The position numbers and the translations under genes are program-made. DNA of 62,023 nt, the filler included. It is 14 parts of 14 records of this genome, joined end to end, with 100 filler letters (N's around TTAATTAATTAA, not from the genome) between each part and the next. Parts side by side here need not be neighbours in the genome. Positions count along the whole stretch, not along the records: positions 18,751 to 25,180 come from SRR15195285_8567; positions 25,281 to 28,518 come from SRR15195285_8582; positions 28,619 to 31,967 come from SRR15195285_8584; positions 32,068 to 35,359 come from SRR15195285_8593; 10 more parts are not named here. The stretch is one strand, 5' to 3'. Below the pieces are notes generated by a model that saw only the letters and a list, made by a program, of their open reading frames with translations, was not told where the DNA came from and did not search any database. Below, piece after piece: positions 21,844 through 32,525 of the stretch; position 1 is the stretch's first letter; every line of letters begins with the position of its first letter.

Positions 21844-24800
21844 CTAGGTAGTAGTTTCGCTTCTGCTGAGCAAACCCTGTGTGATAAGGGCCTTGAGTTC
21901 CCTGATCTCAACACTCATAGAGTCGACTTTTGAGTTCAACTCCTGCACGTTTGCCTGTAGGCTGCGCGGTTGCTCCGTTCGCGACGGGACTCGCAACTTC
22001 TTCGCGCTCTTCACAGGGTCCATGAAAACCTGTAAACCGTTCCAAAATTCGTTGGCATCGATATCTCCACCTTTGTCCTTGTCAAAAGCAGATTTGATCA
22101 TATCCACGCGCTGCTCGTGGTGCAGCTCTGAATTCAGCGGCAGCACGTCGTGAAACTTGGCCAGATAATCCAGCACAGAGTCAGGAGTCAACCCCACCTG
22201 CTTTCGCGAGTCCGGTCCAGCACTTCTCTGTTGCTCTGCAAGCACGCTCTCATACGCCGCGGCAGCATCCCGCTCTGACAATGGAAAGCCTGCATGCTCC
22301 ATCATGCGACGCCGTTGGAGAGCATTTGGCTGCCCAGACAGAGAGTCCAGCAGCGCTACTTGAATGCGCAATGTCTTCTCCAACATCGGGTGCTTCGCGA
22401 ACAGTTTCTCTAGCCGATCCAGCGGTAAAAATGTCAACTGCAGCGGCTCAACACCCGTCACCTGCTTTGCGCGGACAGAAAACTTGATGTGCCGATCGGA
22501 CTTTCCGTCCCCAGTTTGCGTGCCACCAAGCGCTGCATGCAGTGCGAAGCAGTCCCCAACTCCGAGCTCTCCCTCAGTCCAGTTGAACTCTTCTTTGTCG
22601 TCCTCAGCCGGGATTTTCAAACAGCTTACCTGAGATGGATCCCTTTTCCATGGATCTGCCTCCACAAGCCCATTCCACGCTCCGTTTGCGTCCACGGTGT
22701 CGAACTCTCCAGCTACCAGGTCAGCTCGTTCCTTAGTCCAGTCTTGAAAATCGCCCGCGACAGTACTCGGTGTATACTGGCCGGTGGCCTTTTTCCACGC
22801 CACATATCCCTTCCACTTGCCGTTCGGGTTCCGTTCAGTTACAGCGATCAGATCGCCTTTGCTGAAACGTAGGTTTCCGGGGTGAGTTACTCTCCCGTCG
22901 CCCACCCCGCAATTTCTCTTCGCACGGACGTAGCACTCCCAGGTTGACTTGACACATCGTCCCGCAGTCACGACGTAAATTCCACGAATAATATCTCCCT
23001 CCCGAATAATCTCAGCACCGTCTGCAAATGACGTTTTGCCATTGTCATCGTGTGCTGGTTCCATCTGATTGTTCAGATCAAGCAGTATCTCGCCGTTGGC
23101 TGTCGGAAGCTCAGTAAGCCCGCCATCGATAGCAGCCTCAGCCCCCTCCTCGAAGACACGAAAGTACGAGCCGACCACGGCTGCTTTGGTATTGCCCAGC
23201 TGCTGAGGCTGGTAAATCTCTGTGAGCACCTTGCGACACATCACAGGGTCGATGATTCTCATGTAGTTTACAACTAGCTCTTCGTCCATCACGGCGTCAG
23301 AGTGCAGCAATACGTTCCCGAAGTGTCTCTTGATGTCAGTGCCGGTGGTCTCAATGTGTGAGACATTTTTGCGCTTCAAGTATGCCTCTATCTTCGGCAT
23401 CATTTCGTTGTATTTCTGTGTCTTAGGATCAAGCTTGCCATCGATGATATAACCACTCAGTGTTCCCATGGTGTAGCCGAAGGTGAAGACTCCTATTACC
23501 TGGAAAAAGGCGGTATACATTCGTTCCATCTCGTTGAGCGGCAGGATATCACCGTAGCCCACTGTGGAGAGTGTCGTCGTCGCAAAATAAAGCGCAGCAC
23601 CATACTTGGTCATGATGGTTGCATTCAAAAGCGTGTCGTCGTAGCCCTCGATCCAGGTGTGTGGTTCACCACTCTTCTGCATCTGGTCCGTCAGCGTATA
23701 CATCGGTAAATCTTGTGGGTCCGAAATTCTGTCGTGTTCTATGATCGCTACGTAGTGCCAGCCGCACGCTGTTAGATGAGCAAAGATCACTGTCATCACG
23801 CCAGCTTTGATCACGTCGAGACCATCAATATCTCGTAGACTGTCAGCGTTGCGCTGCAGTAGATTAGCAATCTTAGCTAGTTTCAGGACCTTCGCTAGCC
23901 TCACGAGCCGGAGCAGCCTCGCGAGTTTCGCGTCGCTCGCATTCTCCATGCCACCAGCTAGCAGTTGGAAATAGGTCACCGGTAGACAAGACAGCACGTC
24001 GTAGTAGAACCACCCAAACGATAAAAACCCAAACGGCCCCCACCTGTAAGTCCAGCTTCCCATGTAGCGTCTCCTAATCTCGGTTGCATCAACGACAAGC
24101 TTCATCGTCCCCTCGTCCTCGTAACACATGACGAAGTTCAGTACAATGTCTGAGATGAAAGAAATATCTGTAATGATGTCGCAGACCAGCCATGCGGTGG
24201 TCAACGGAAGGTCGAAACCAATTCGGAGCGGGATTGCCCCTGTAACCACCATGAGCAGGAGCAGAAGCCAAGCGTCCCAGTAACTCAAGCAGCCGCCTAC
24301 TGCCCCGGCTTTGAACAGCACATACTGCTCCGGATCGATCAGCCCTTTCGATGGCACGCGGTGCACCTGCTTGTCGTTGACTAGCGGCATATCATCGAAC
24401 TGGCAACATACTCTAACTCCGCAGCACCTCTGTTTGTTGCGCGGCATGCTATAGGCATTCGGTGGTGAGGTTCTCCGGCCGAAGAGTCCCAGGCGAGCTG
24501 CCGTGACGACGAAGCTGTTGCTTGTGACAACGACTCGTCGCGAAACATCCGCTGTGCGCGTCGTGAAGCCTGCGAGCGACCAGAGATCGTCGATCGTGCT
24601 ATTGTCTGCATCAAACTCTGATCGCATCATGGTGGAGAACTGCTCGTAAGACATGTTCCCATCGTGGTCATCGTTGTCGTACTTGAAGAACATCGCGCGC
24701 GCCTTCGCGATGTCCGACTGCTCCAGCAGGCTCGCCTTCGTCGCTCCGCGCTGCAGAGCGCCGAGCGCCCGCCCCGACGCGGAGGGCCGGGAGTGATGCA

Positions 24801-24990
24801 TCCCGCCGCCGAGAGACTCCTGCCCCTCCGTCATGGGCCGTGCGCCATCACCATCGCTCCCCTTTAGCAGTCCGGTCACCTCTCCTGATCCTGGCTGGGA
24901 TACGCTGACGCTACTAGTATATGCCGTCACTGCACCTGGCAGTAGCTCCGGATCGTCCTTCGGCATCTGGTACGCCTCCGACGAGCCCAT
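21844..24990 (-). CDS. Voltage-gated CNBD-family (KCNH/HCN/CNG-like) K+ channel with EF-hands and an SH3 insertion
   Basis: S4 ARLLRLVRLAKVLKL; pore TTLSTVGYGD (about 23548-23565); C-linker; CNBD strands IIREGD..IYVVTAG and GDCF..SVRA; EF-like loops YDNDDHDGNMSYEQF and FDKDKGGDIDANEF; C-terminal coiled coil. Confidence 0.9.
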   Translation of the reverse strand: MGSSEAYQMPKDDPELLPGAVTAYTSSVSVSQPGSGEVTGLLKGSDGDGARPMTEGQESLGGGMHHSRPSASGRALGALQRGATKASLLEQSDIAKARAMFFKYDNDDHDGNMSYEQFSTMMRSEFDADNSTIDDLWSLAGFTTRTADVSRRVVVTSNSFVVTAARLGLFGRRTSPPNAYSMPRNKQRCCGVRVCCQFDDMPLVNDKQVHRVPSKGLIDPEQYVLFKAGAVGGCLSYWDAWLLLLLMVVTGAIPLRIGFDLPLTTAWLVCDIITDISFISDIVLNFVMCYEDEGTMKLVVDATEIRRRYMGSWTYRWGPFGFLSFGWFYYDVLSCLPVTYFQLLAGGMENASDAKLARLLRLVRLAKVLKLAKIANLLQRNADSLRDIDGLDVIKAGVMTVIFAHLTACGWHYVAIIEHDRISDPQDLPMYTLTDQMQKSGEPHTWIEGYDDTLLNATIMTKYGAALYFATTTLSTVGYGDILPLNEMERMYTAFFQVIGVFTFGYTMGTLSGYIIDGKLDPKTQKYNEMMPKIEAYLKRKNVSHIETTGTDIKRHFGNVLLHSDAVMDEELVVNYMRIIDPVMCRKVLTEIYQPQQLGNTKAAVVGSYFRVFEEGAEAAIDGGLTELPTANGEILLDLNNQMEPAHDDNGKTSFADGAEIIREGDIIRGIYVVTAGRCVKSTWECYVRAKRNCGVGDGRVTHPGNLRFSKGDLIAVTERNPNGKWKGYVAWKKATGQYTPSTVAGDFQDWTKERADLVAGEFDTVDANGAWNGLVEADPWKRDPSQVSCLKIPAEDDKEEFNWTEGELGVGDCFALHAALGGTQTGDGKSDRHIKFSVRAKQVTGVEPLQLTFLPLDRLEKLFAKHPMLEKTLRIQVALLDSLSGQPNALQRRRMMEHAGFPLSERDAAAAYESVLAEQQRSAGPDSRKQVGLTPDSVLDYLAKFHDVLPLNSELHHEQRVDMIKSAFDKDKGGDIDANEFWNGLQVFMDPVKSAKKLRVPSRTEQPRSLQANVQELNSKVDSMSVEIRELKALITQGLLSRSETTT

Positions 24991-25622
24991 AGGAAAATTA
25001 AATCAACGACAGAAGAGACCCACTGTATCCACTGTATCCACTATACCCACCACCCTCGCAGCGCTCAAGCCACCTAATCAAAAAGCCACCGCGTCACGTG
25101 CTAGTATCTTCCCTCCATTGTCGCTTTCCAGTTGACCCGTCCCGTCCTCGCTGCGGCGCCACACCACAGTGTATGAGACANNNNNNNNNNNNNNNNNNNN
25201 NNNNNNNNNNNNNNNNNNNNNNNNTTAATTAATTAANNNNNNNNNNNNNNNNNNNNNNNNNNNNNNNNNNNNNNNNNNNNCGCGCGGTGCATGGGCGACT
25301 CGCGCACGCTACGCTCGCGCGCGCGCGGGCGCAAGATCCGCGCGCGTCCGTCGTCGCGACGGCGGCGCCGGCGGGGGTCGTGACGCCGGGTCAGGCAGTA
25401 CGGTGGCTCGGGAGGCTACCTCTGACTCCGTCAGGCTCTCAGTCTCTTCCTCTATAGACGGTAGTACGCCGCTGGTGTGTGCAGGAGTGCAGGGGCCGAC
25501 AGAAGTGGGGCTGCACAGTCGCGCTGGAGTGGCTTGTAGCGCTCCCTACTGTGCGCGCGATCGCGGTGCAGCGTGTTTACGATCGAGAAAGAGTGCGAAC
25601 CGTGAGACCGTCGCAGGAAGTG

Positions 25623-26621
25623 ATGCAGAGTCCGACCAAAACCGGGGGGCTATGGTACACGCCAACGTACCTTGAGGGCGAGGAGGCTGCGACTGGGCAA
25701 GAGATTCTTGCGCCGGAGCCGTTCGTCGTAGAGAGCGGGACCCGCCAGAGCTGCTGCGGCACTACGCACAATTACGAGCTGGTGATGCCGTCGCCACCTG
25801 CGGACGGGGCATCGCACCGGCCAGTCGTGCTGCTACTGCATGACTGGCGCCGCTCGTCGTTCGAGCACCGAGGAACCGCGGAGATGCTAGCGCGCAACGG
25901 CCTGGCCGTATTGATGCCAGAGCTTGGGCGCCGCAACGATGCTGGCTCGCATGCGACTAGCGTGGCCGCACTCGTGGACCATTGCCGCTGGCTGTACCTG
26001 CGATCCGCGTGCGCCGAGGATCGCACCAATGGTTGCTTTGATGCAAAGCAGGTGGTGCTGGTCGGCTGTGGTACTGGAGCAGCAGTCGTTCTCGACGCGG
26101 CAAGTGAGCTGCAGAAGTGTGTACAAGATCCAGCTCTACCCTGTCCAGTGGGCGTGCTGCTCCTCGGTCCCCGCCCGTCCAGCGTCATCCAGCCCGCGCG
26201 GCTGCGCGCGCCGCGGCTATTCTGCGCGATGCAAACGCTGAACGCCGACGCTGCTCCTGGGCAAGTGCTTGGCGGCCAGTTGCCTGCGGAGAAGCTAGTG
26301 GGGGAGCTTGGATTCGATGCGATTTTGCTCACCGTGCTCGGAGCACCTGCGTCACACGAGACATGGGAGTCACAGAAGGCAGTGCACACCACCGGTGACC
26401 TGCTGCGCACAATATTCCCAACCTCAGTTACGGTCGATGCCGCTGTAGAGACCGCGGACGATGGAAAGTCGCCGTTCGGCTCGTCCCAAGCGCCGATACA
26501 CAAGATGCTGGTTCAGTCGCTGGTTGCCGCGTTCGCCGCTGACGCCTGTGGGCTTGATGAGGTGGCGTTTGATGTCGTCCTGAAGTACTACGTTGACAAG
26601 GGCCTGATTGAGCTGCGGTGA
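25623..26621 (+). CDS. Alpha/beta-hydrolase-fold protein (chlorophyllase-like), probably catalytically inactive
   Basis: RPVVLLLH..LARNGLAVLMPE..FDAKQVVLVGCGTGA follows the hydrolase pattern, but the GxSxG serine is Gly. Start codon uncertain. Confidence 0.65.
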   Translation: MQSPTKTGGLWYTPTYLEGEEAATGQEILAPEPFVVESGTRQSCCGTTHNYELVMPSPPADGASHRPVVLLLHDWRRSSFEHRGTAEMLARNGLAVLMPELGRRNDAGSHATSVAALVDHCRWLYLRSACAEDRTNGCFDAKQVVLVGCGTGAAVVLDAASELQKCVQDPALPCPVGVLLLGPRPSSVIQPARLRAPRLFCAMQTLNADAAPGQVLGGQLPAEKLVGELGFDAILLTVLGAPASHETWESQKAVHTTGDLLRTIFPTSVTVDAAVETADDGKSPFGSSQAPIHKMLVQSLVAAFAADACGLDEVAFDVVLKYYVDKGLIELR

Positions 26622-26795
26622 CGGCGTGTGTTTCTGAATGCAACAAATACTTGCATTGCGACATTGAGCACGCAGAGCTACATTGTGTGCAGCCAAGACA
26701 ACAGTAGAGACTTGAGCCAAGCCTTCTCAAGCGGAACCTTTCTTGCGCCTGAACGTTGAGCCTCTCAATCAGAGAATCACTGCTTTTGCAACATT

Positions 26796-28256
26796 TCAGA
26801 TCCATAGCCGTGGCGACCGGTGGACGAGATTGGCGATAGTGTGTTGCAAGTCGCCGCACAGTGCCCGCAACGGTGACACAGATCGGCCTTGCCCGCGCAA
26901 TCTTGTGCCAGCGGCAAAAGCCAGCAACTGGAACGCACACTGGATCCTTCGACCAGCCGGGACAAAAGGCACGAGCGGCACGCACAAGCGGCGCTCTACC
27001 ATCAACCAATCTGGCTGCTGGGCTGCTGAACGTTTTGCGTTCACGTCAACTGGTTCACCGATACCTCCTCCCACCCCCTGTTCAGCATTGCAATCCGTAC
27101 CCAGTGTTTTCGTCAGGTCTAGCACGAGGTCCCACGACACTACCCCAGAGACTGCCCGAGCTAGGAGCCGCAACCTTGCACACTCGAAAGCCAAATAGTC
27201 GGCAACGTCAGTGTAGCGCTCTCCCTCTGCTGCCTCTTCGGCGGTCAACCCAGTCGTACGACATTTTGCACTTAGCACCGCCTCCCGCTCGGAAGCAAGG
27301 GGAAACATTCGTCGTGCTTGATCAACCACAAGCTGCACAACAGCCAAGTGTCCGCCTGCGTGCAATGAATTGTAGCGCACAGGTATGTTCAATGCATCTC
27401 TACAGCAAAGAAGAAGCAGTCAGGCACGAATGCAGAGGCCCAGGAGCGTACGGCGCGCAGCTGCATATAATGGAGTTTGGTCATCGATATTCGCTGTGAA
27501 CACAGTGTGCAACGCCAGCGTCGCGAGCCGTCGTGCCACAATGTAGTGGCCATAGAAAGCCGCCCCAAAAAATGCCGTCTCGTCGTCGCAAGTCGTGGCA
27601 GCTGGATCCGCCGTTGCAACACCCATATCTCGTAGCTGCTGTTCGTCCAGCAAAAACTCTACGACCCCATCATGGCCGCGGCAAGCCGCAGCAATGAGTG
27701 GCGACCAACCACGCTTTGTGACGGCTGCAATATCCTTTGGCGATAGCAAGCCAGCAAGATAGTGGACGATCTGCAACTTGCCGTGATCGCAAGCAGTAAA
27801 AAAGCAAGTCTGCCCTTCGTTAGTGCAGGAGACAATATCTGCGCGCTGCTCCTCGACAAGGTACCTGACCACGTCTTCGTGGCCCGACATGCAAGCAAGA
27901 AATACCGGTCGCGCTCCGTAGCGGTCACCAATTTCGATGTCTACTTCGTCGCTACTTGGGCCTTCGCATAGAAATCGCACAGCTGAGAGGTGGCCTTGGC
28001 ATGCTGCTGCGCAGACGGGTGTCATGCCGAGCTGGCTGGGCTGCGCGACGTCTGCCCAGCCTCGATCCACAAGGAATCGTGCCACAGCGACGTTGCCATG
28101 CATGCACGCGGAATACAATAGTGTGCGCCCGGCCTCATCAACTACTCTCAGTTGACTTTTACTCGGCTGACCGTCTCCCGCATGGGCCAGAAGCAGCTGC
28201 TGCATCTCCTCGATGCTACCGCTGGCCGCAGCAGCGAACACGTCCGTGGTCCACAT
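26796..28256 (-). CDS. Ankyrin-repeat protein; 2 exons (28256-27452, 27355-26796)
   Basis: About 8 ANK repeats (GRTLLYSACMHGNVAVARFLV, GMTPVCAAACQGHLSAVRFL...). Intron 27356-27451 joins TPLYAAAR|RGHLAVVQLV. Confidence 0.88.
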
Positions 28257-28851
28257 GCAGCTGCCGCCAGTACGGGCAGCAGCTGATTTAAACGTAACCG
28301 CGGCCTGGATCGCTTCTGTCGCTACCCGTGGCTTCGGATGAACAGGCGGGAGCGTCAGTTGCGGGAAGCGGAGGCAACGACGGCTCTCATGCAGCGCGTT
28401 CCGTCGTCTTCCGATTCCGCGTTGCCGTGATGTGCACCCCGCGCCCTCTGCCGATGATGGTGCCGGGCCACACCGGACTTTTACTATCGAAATAATGACG
28501 CTAAGGTCCACTCGTGCANNNNNNNNNNNNNNNNNNNNNNNNNNNNNNNNNNNNNNNNNNNNTTAATTAATTAANNNNNNNNNNNNNNNNNNNNNNNNNN
28601 NNNNNNNNNNNNNNNNNNGGGCCCAAAATTCTGCGGGGGGGGGGACCCCGACCCACCGTACATCTGTACGTGTTATCGGCTACCCGCGCGATGCCCCAGG
28701 GCCGGCGGCGGAGCCGTCGCGCGACCCGCGGCCAGTCGCCTCGCTCGCCGCCGAGTGCGTGGTTGCCTTCGGCTCGAGGGAGCGCTGATCACGGGCGGGG
28801 TATGTCGACAGTACCATTCATAGTGTCACGGGTTGGCTCAATTGGGTGGCA

Positions 28852-30538
28852 ATGAGTGGCGACCGGGTAGGAGGCTGGGAAGCGGCACATAAGCACCGGC
28901 ATGGTGACTCCACGCTGCGGCGGCCGCTCATCCCGGGCGGTGGCGTAGTCCCAGTGCAGCGCGGCTGCTACCGCTGGTTTGTGGTCTCGCTCACGCTGAC
29001 GACAGTGCTGGTGCTGATCGTGCAGCGCATGTCGCTCAGCGTTGCCATCGTGCCCTGGTCAGAAGAGTGCGGGTGGAGCACCGCAGAGACGCAGGCCCAG
29101 CTCGGCGCCTTCAGCTGGGGATACCTGGTTACGATGTTGCCAGGTTCACTGCTAGCGTCGCGGTACTCGGCAAATGCAGAGCTCTTGTCAGCCATACTGG
29201 TGGCGTCCAGCCTGACCTGTGCAGCCATGCCATATGCTGGCTGCGACCATAGCCGCAGCGCACTACTTCGCGCACTGCTAGGTCTCTCGCAAGGTCCAAT
29301 GTTCCCCACAGTTGCGGGAGTCATTGGTGCCTGGGTGCAGCAGACGGAGTACAGCCGCGCCAATGCATTTGTGAGTGAGGGCTCGAATATGGTAAGCCAA
29401 CTCGGACTTTCGCGTAGTGTCGGTAATTGGGCGCGCAATGCTGCCAACTGCCTGTTCACAACGACTGCTGCTGGCTGAGCTACGCGATGTACTGGCAACA
29501 GGGAGTCTTGGTCGCTTTCCCACTGAGCTCGTACCTCTGCACTACGTGGGGCTGGCGCTCAGCCTTTTGGGCGCCGTCGCTGTTGGGTATTCCTTGTGTT
29601 GTGCTGCTTTTGATCTTCGGGTCATCGTCTCCTCGGACTAGCGGGTGGATTGGAGCAGCTGAGAGGGACTTTTTGGCCGAGTCAAGGAGCGATGATGGTA
29701 TGCCGCTTACGATTCGATGGAAAGCACTGCTGCTCTCGGCACATGTCTGGAGCATCACCTTCAATTTTTTTTGTATCAACTGGGCAGCGTGGGTTTTGCT
29801 CACGGAGCTGCCACTGTACCTGACGGATCTCGGCTTTGACCTATCAGCCGCAGGCTGGCTATCGGACCTACCATCGATTGCAAACGCCGCAGGTTCATTA
29901 GTGTTTGCGCTGATTGCAGACGCTCTCATTGTCACGGAGAGGGCGAGCGTGGTAGCAACGCGCCGAATGATGAACGGTGCGTGTGCTTTGTCGATCATCC
30001 ATTCGTCTTGCCAAAGGCTATAGCCAGTCCTCTGTCTCCGTGTCTAACTTAGATTGGACCAGGTATCGGCGCTATGGGTACAGCAACGTGCCTTGTGTTG
30101 ATTTCGACGGTGCATAATGCCAGCTCTATCGTTGCGCTCCTTACATTTGCCTATGGTCTCACGTCCGCCGCGAACTCCGGGTGCTTTTCCTCGGTGTTCG
30201 ACAACGCGCCGCGGACCTGCAGCGCCGTGTACGGCCTTGCAAACTGCGTAGGGATGTCACAGGGAATTCTTTCACCGTACGTTACTGGTATATTGCTGAA
30301 GGATGGCGCTGACTCTAGCAGCGCTAGTGCTGGTTCTAGTTTAGGTGCAGAAACGTTGGGTCGATGGCAGTATGTCTGGTGCTTGAGCGCGGCCTTAGCA
30401 GGAGCAGGTGCAGTAGTTTTCCAGCTTGTAAGCACGGGTGAAGTGATCGAAGGTCAATGGCTAGTATCGACGCCCATGCAGCCAAGAGAAGCGAAAGACC
30501 CAACTAGTCCGGAAGGACAGCTGAGAGAGATTCGATAG
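28852..30538 (+). CDS. MFS transporter, SLC17/anion:cation symporter (sialin/PHT4-like); introns 29392-29501 and 29977-30062
   Basis: RMSLSVAI, LGAFSWGYLVTMLPG, LRALLGLSQGPMFP, WRSAFW, LLTELPLYL, DNAPRTCSAVYGLAN, WQYVW; about 12 hydrophobic segments. Confidence 0.9.
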
Positions 30539-30627
30539 CAAACCAGTTTACCATAGCTTTGCGCACTCCTTGTCCGCACTGCTTGTCTGCATGGTTGACA
30601 AAATGCATTGAAACGCGTCACGCGGCC

Positions 30628-31967
30628 CTACCGACTGGATGCATAACCCGCTCTACCGTACCGGTGCGGGGAATGCTCCTGCTCCTCTTCCGCACTCGAT
30701 TGCAGTGGCTGCGATACTGACGCTTCCACCTCCGCTGCCATGGCCTTCAAGCGTCTCGCCATGACCTCTGTTTTCGCAAGAGAATTCACCAACCGATGCC
30801 GCGGCTCGGCATCAGCCGAGTTCTCGCCACCCCCTAGGGAGTGGTCACCACGCTGCAGAGCTGTGGTCACCGCCTCCTCAACCAACTCACACAGCGGTGG
30901 TCTGCCCTGGACAGCGTCATCGGCTCTTCCAGCGCTGCGTAGCTCATCTAGATAGGATTGCAACTTTTCCTTGGCCTCCTGTTCAGAGGCAGCGCGCTCC
31001 TGCCACAGCGCAACGTCCGCGGACACAGACCGAGCCTGTGCCTCGATTGCTTCTATCATTGCACGCATGTCGCTATCTTGTGACTGCATACTTTCCACCT
31101 GTTCCCGCAACAAGTCCTGGTCGTCTTGCCACCGCTTCTTTTCCGCCGCACGAGCCTTTCGCGTCTTCGACGCGTCGCCCTTCATCGAGGTGATCTCATC
31201 CTCCAGTCTCCTCGTCTCATCCTTCTTGGCCGCCAGCTCGCGACGAAGGTCCGAAAGCTGCTTTTTCAGCTTTTGCTGCTCGCGGAGCAGCGGATCCGCA
31301 GCCGACCCAGCACCACTGCCACCCATTTTTTTAACTCCCTTGGAAGGAGTCAGCTGTGGCGGTTGTGCCTGCTGTACGGATAATTTCTCGCGCAGCCCCG
31401 TGACTTGTTTGTTTAGCTTCGCGACCTCGGCAGCATGCACCTTTTGTAGGGCGGCAACCTGTTCTTTCTGCAGAGCATCCTGCTCTTCCAGGTATGATTC
31501 TTGAGCACGAAGCTGTTCCTGAACAGCTCTCAACTCCGCTGCACTCCTCGTGTCAGCTTCTGACGTGACCGCCTGAGGCCCTGCGGATGCACTGCCAGCT
31601 GCCACTGCAGCCTCAGCCGCTTCGGACGCTTTCGCCGCTTCTCGCTTCCAGTGCTCCACCTCACTCTGTAGATGCCGTATCTCTGTAGCCGTCTCTGCAA
31701 GCATTTTTTCGACTTGAGCTGGGTCGACGCTGAGGCCTGGGTGCCCCTCGGGCACAGCTGCAGCCGTGGCTGCTTCCTTTTTTGCCGCTCGCAGCTGGGC
31801 GTTCAAGTCGTCGACTTGAGCCACCAGATCAGCCTTCTCGCTCTTCCAATGTTTGTTCTCAACCTGGGCCTTTGCAAAGTCCAGCTCGCTACGGAGTTTT
31901 TGCAGCTCAACCGCCCTCTCCGCTTCCAGCACCGATCGCAGACCCTCCAGTTGCTCGCGCAGGTCGC
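30628..31967 (-). CDS. Coiled-coil protein, 5'-truncated
   Basis: ORF open to the contig edge; E/K/Q/A-rich heptad composition. Confidence 0.75.
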
Positions 31968-32525
31968 NNNNNNNNNNNNNNNNNNNNNNNNNNNNNNNNN
32001 NNNNNNNNNNNTTAATTAATTAANNNNNNNNNNNNNNNNNNNNNNNNNNNNNNNNNNNNNNNNNNNNAGGATCCTACAGCTACGGATTACTGTACGGTAT
32101 ACTGGCAGACGGTGTGGACGTGATCGAAGCGATGGGTGAGATCAGCATCAAACGAGTCGACTTTTGGCGCGCATTCGGTTCACTCTGATGCAACAACCAA
32201 CATCCGAACCCGGTGACATCATCCAGTGCAACTCGAAGACTACTATCATAGTACAGTCTACAGACCGGCCAATCAATCGGTGACGCTCTAGCTAGAGAAA
32301 GTGGCTGGCATACTATAGTACGCAGTGGCTGGCATATATAGGTACCGTGCATCACTCAACGGCGCGCCACCTGGCCGGCACGGGGGCCCTGAGGGAGCGG
32401 AAGCACGCGGGGTGGGCGCATACGCAGCGGGGAGACGGAGCAGGAGACTGAGTGGGAACAGGGCAGCGGGCACGCACGTATCTACGGTGCGCATTTGCGG
32501 GCTGCTGCCGTGGAGCTACACAGCG

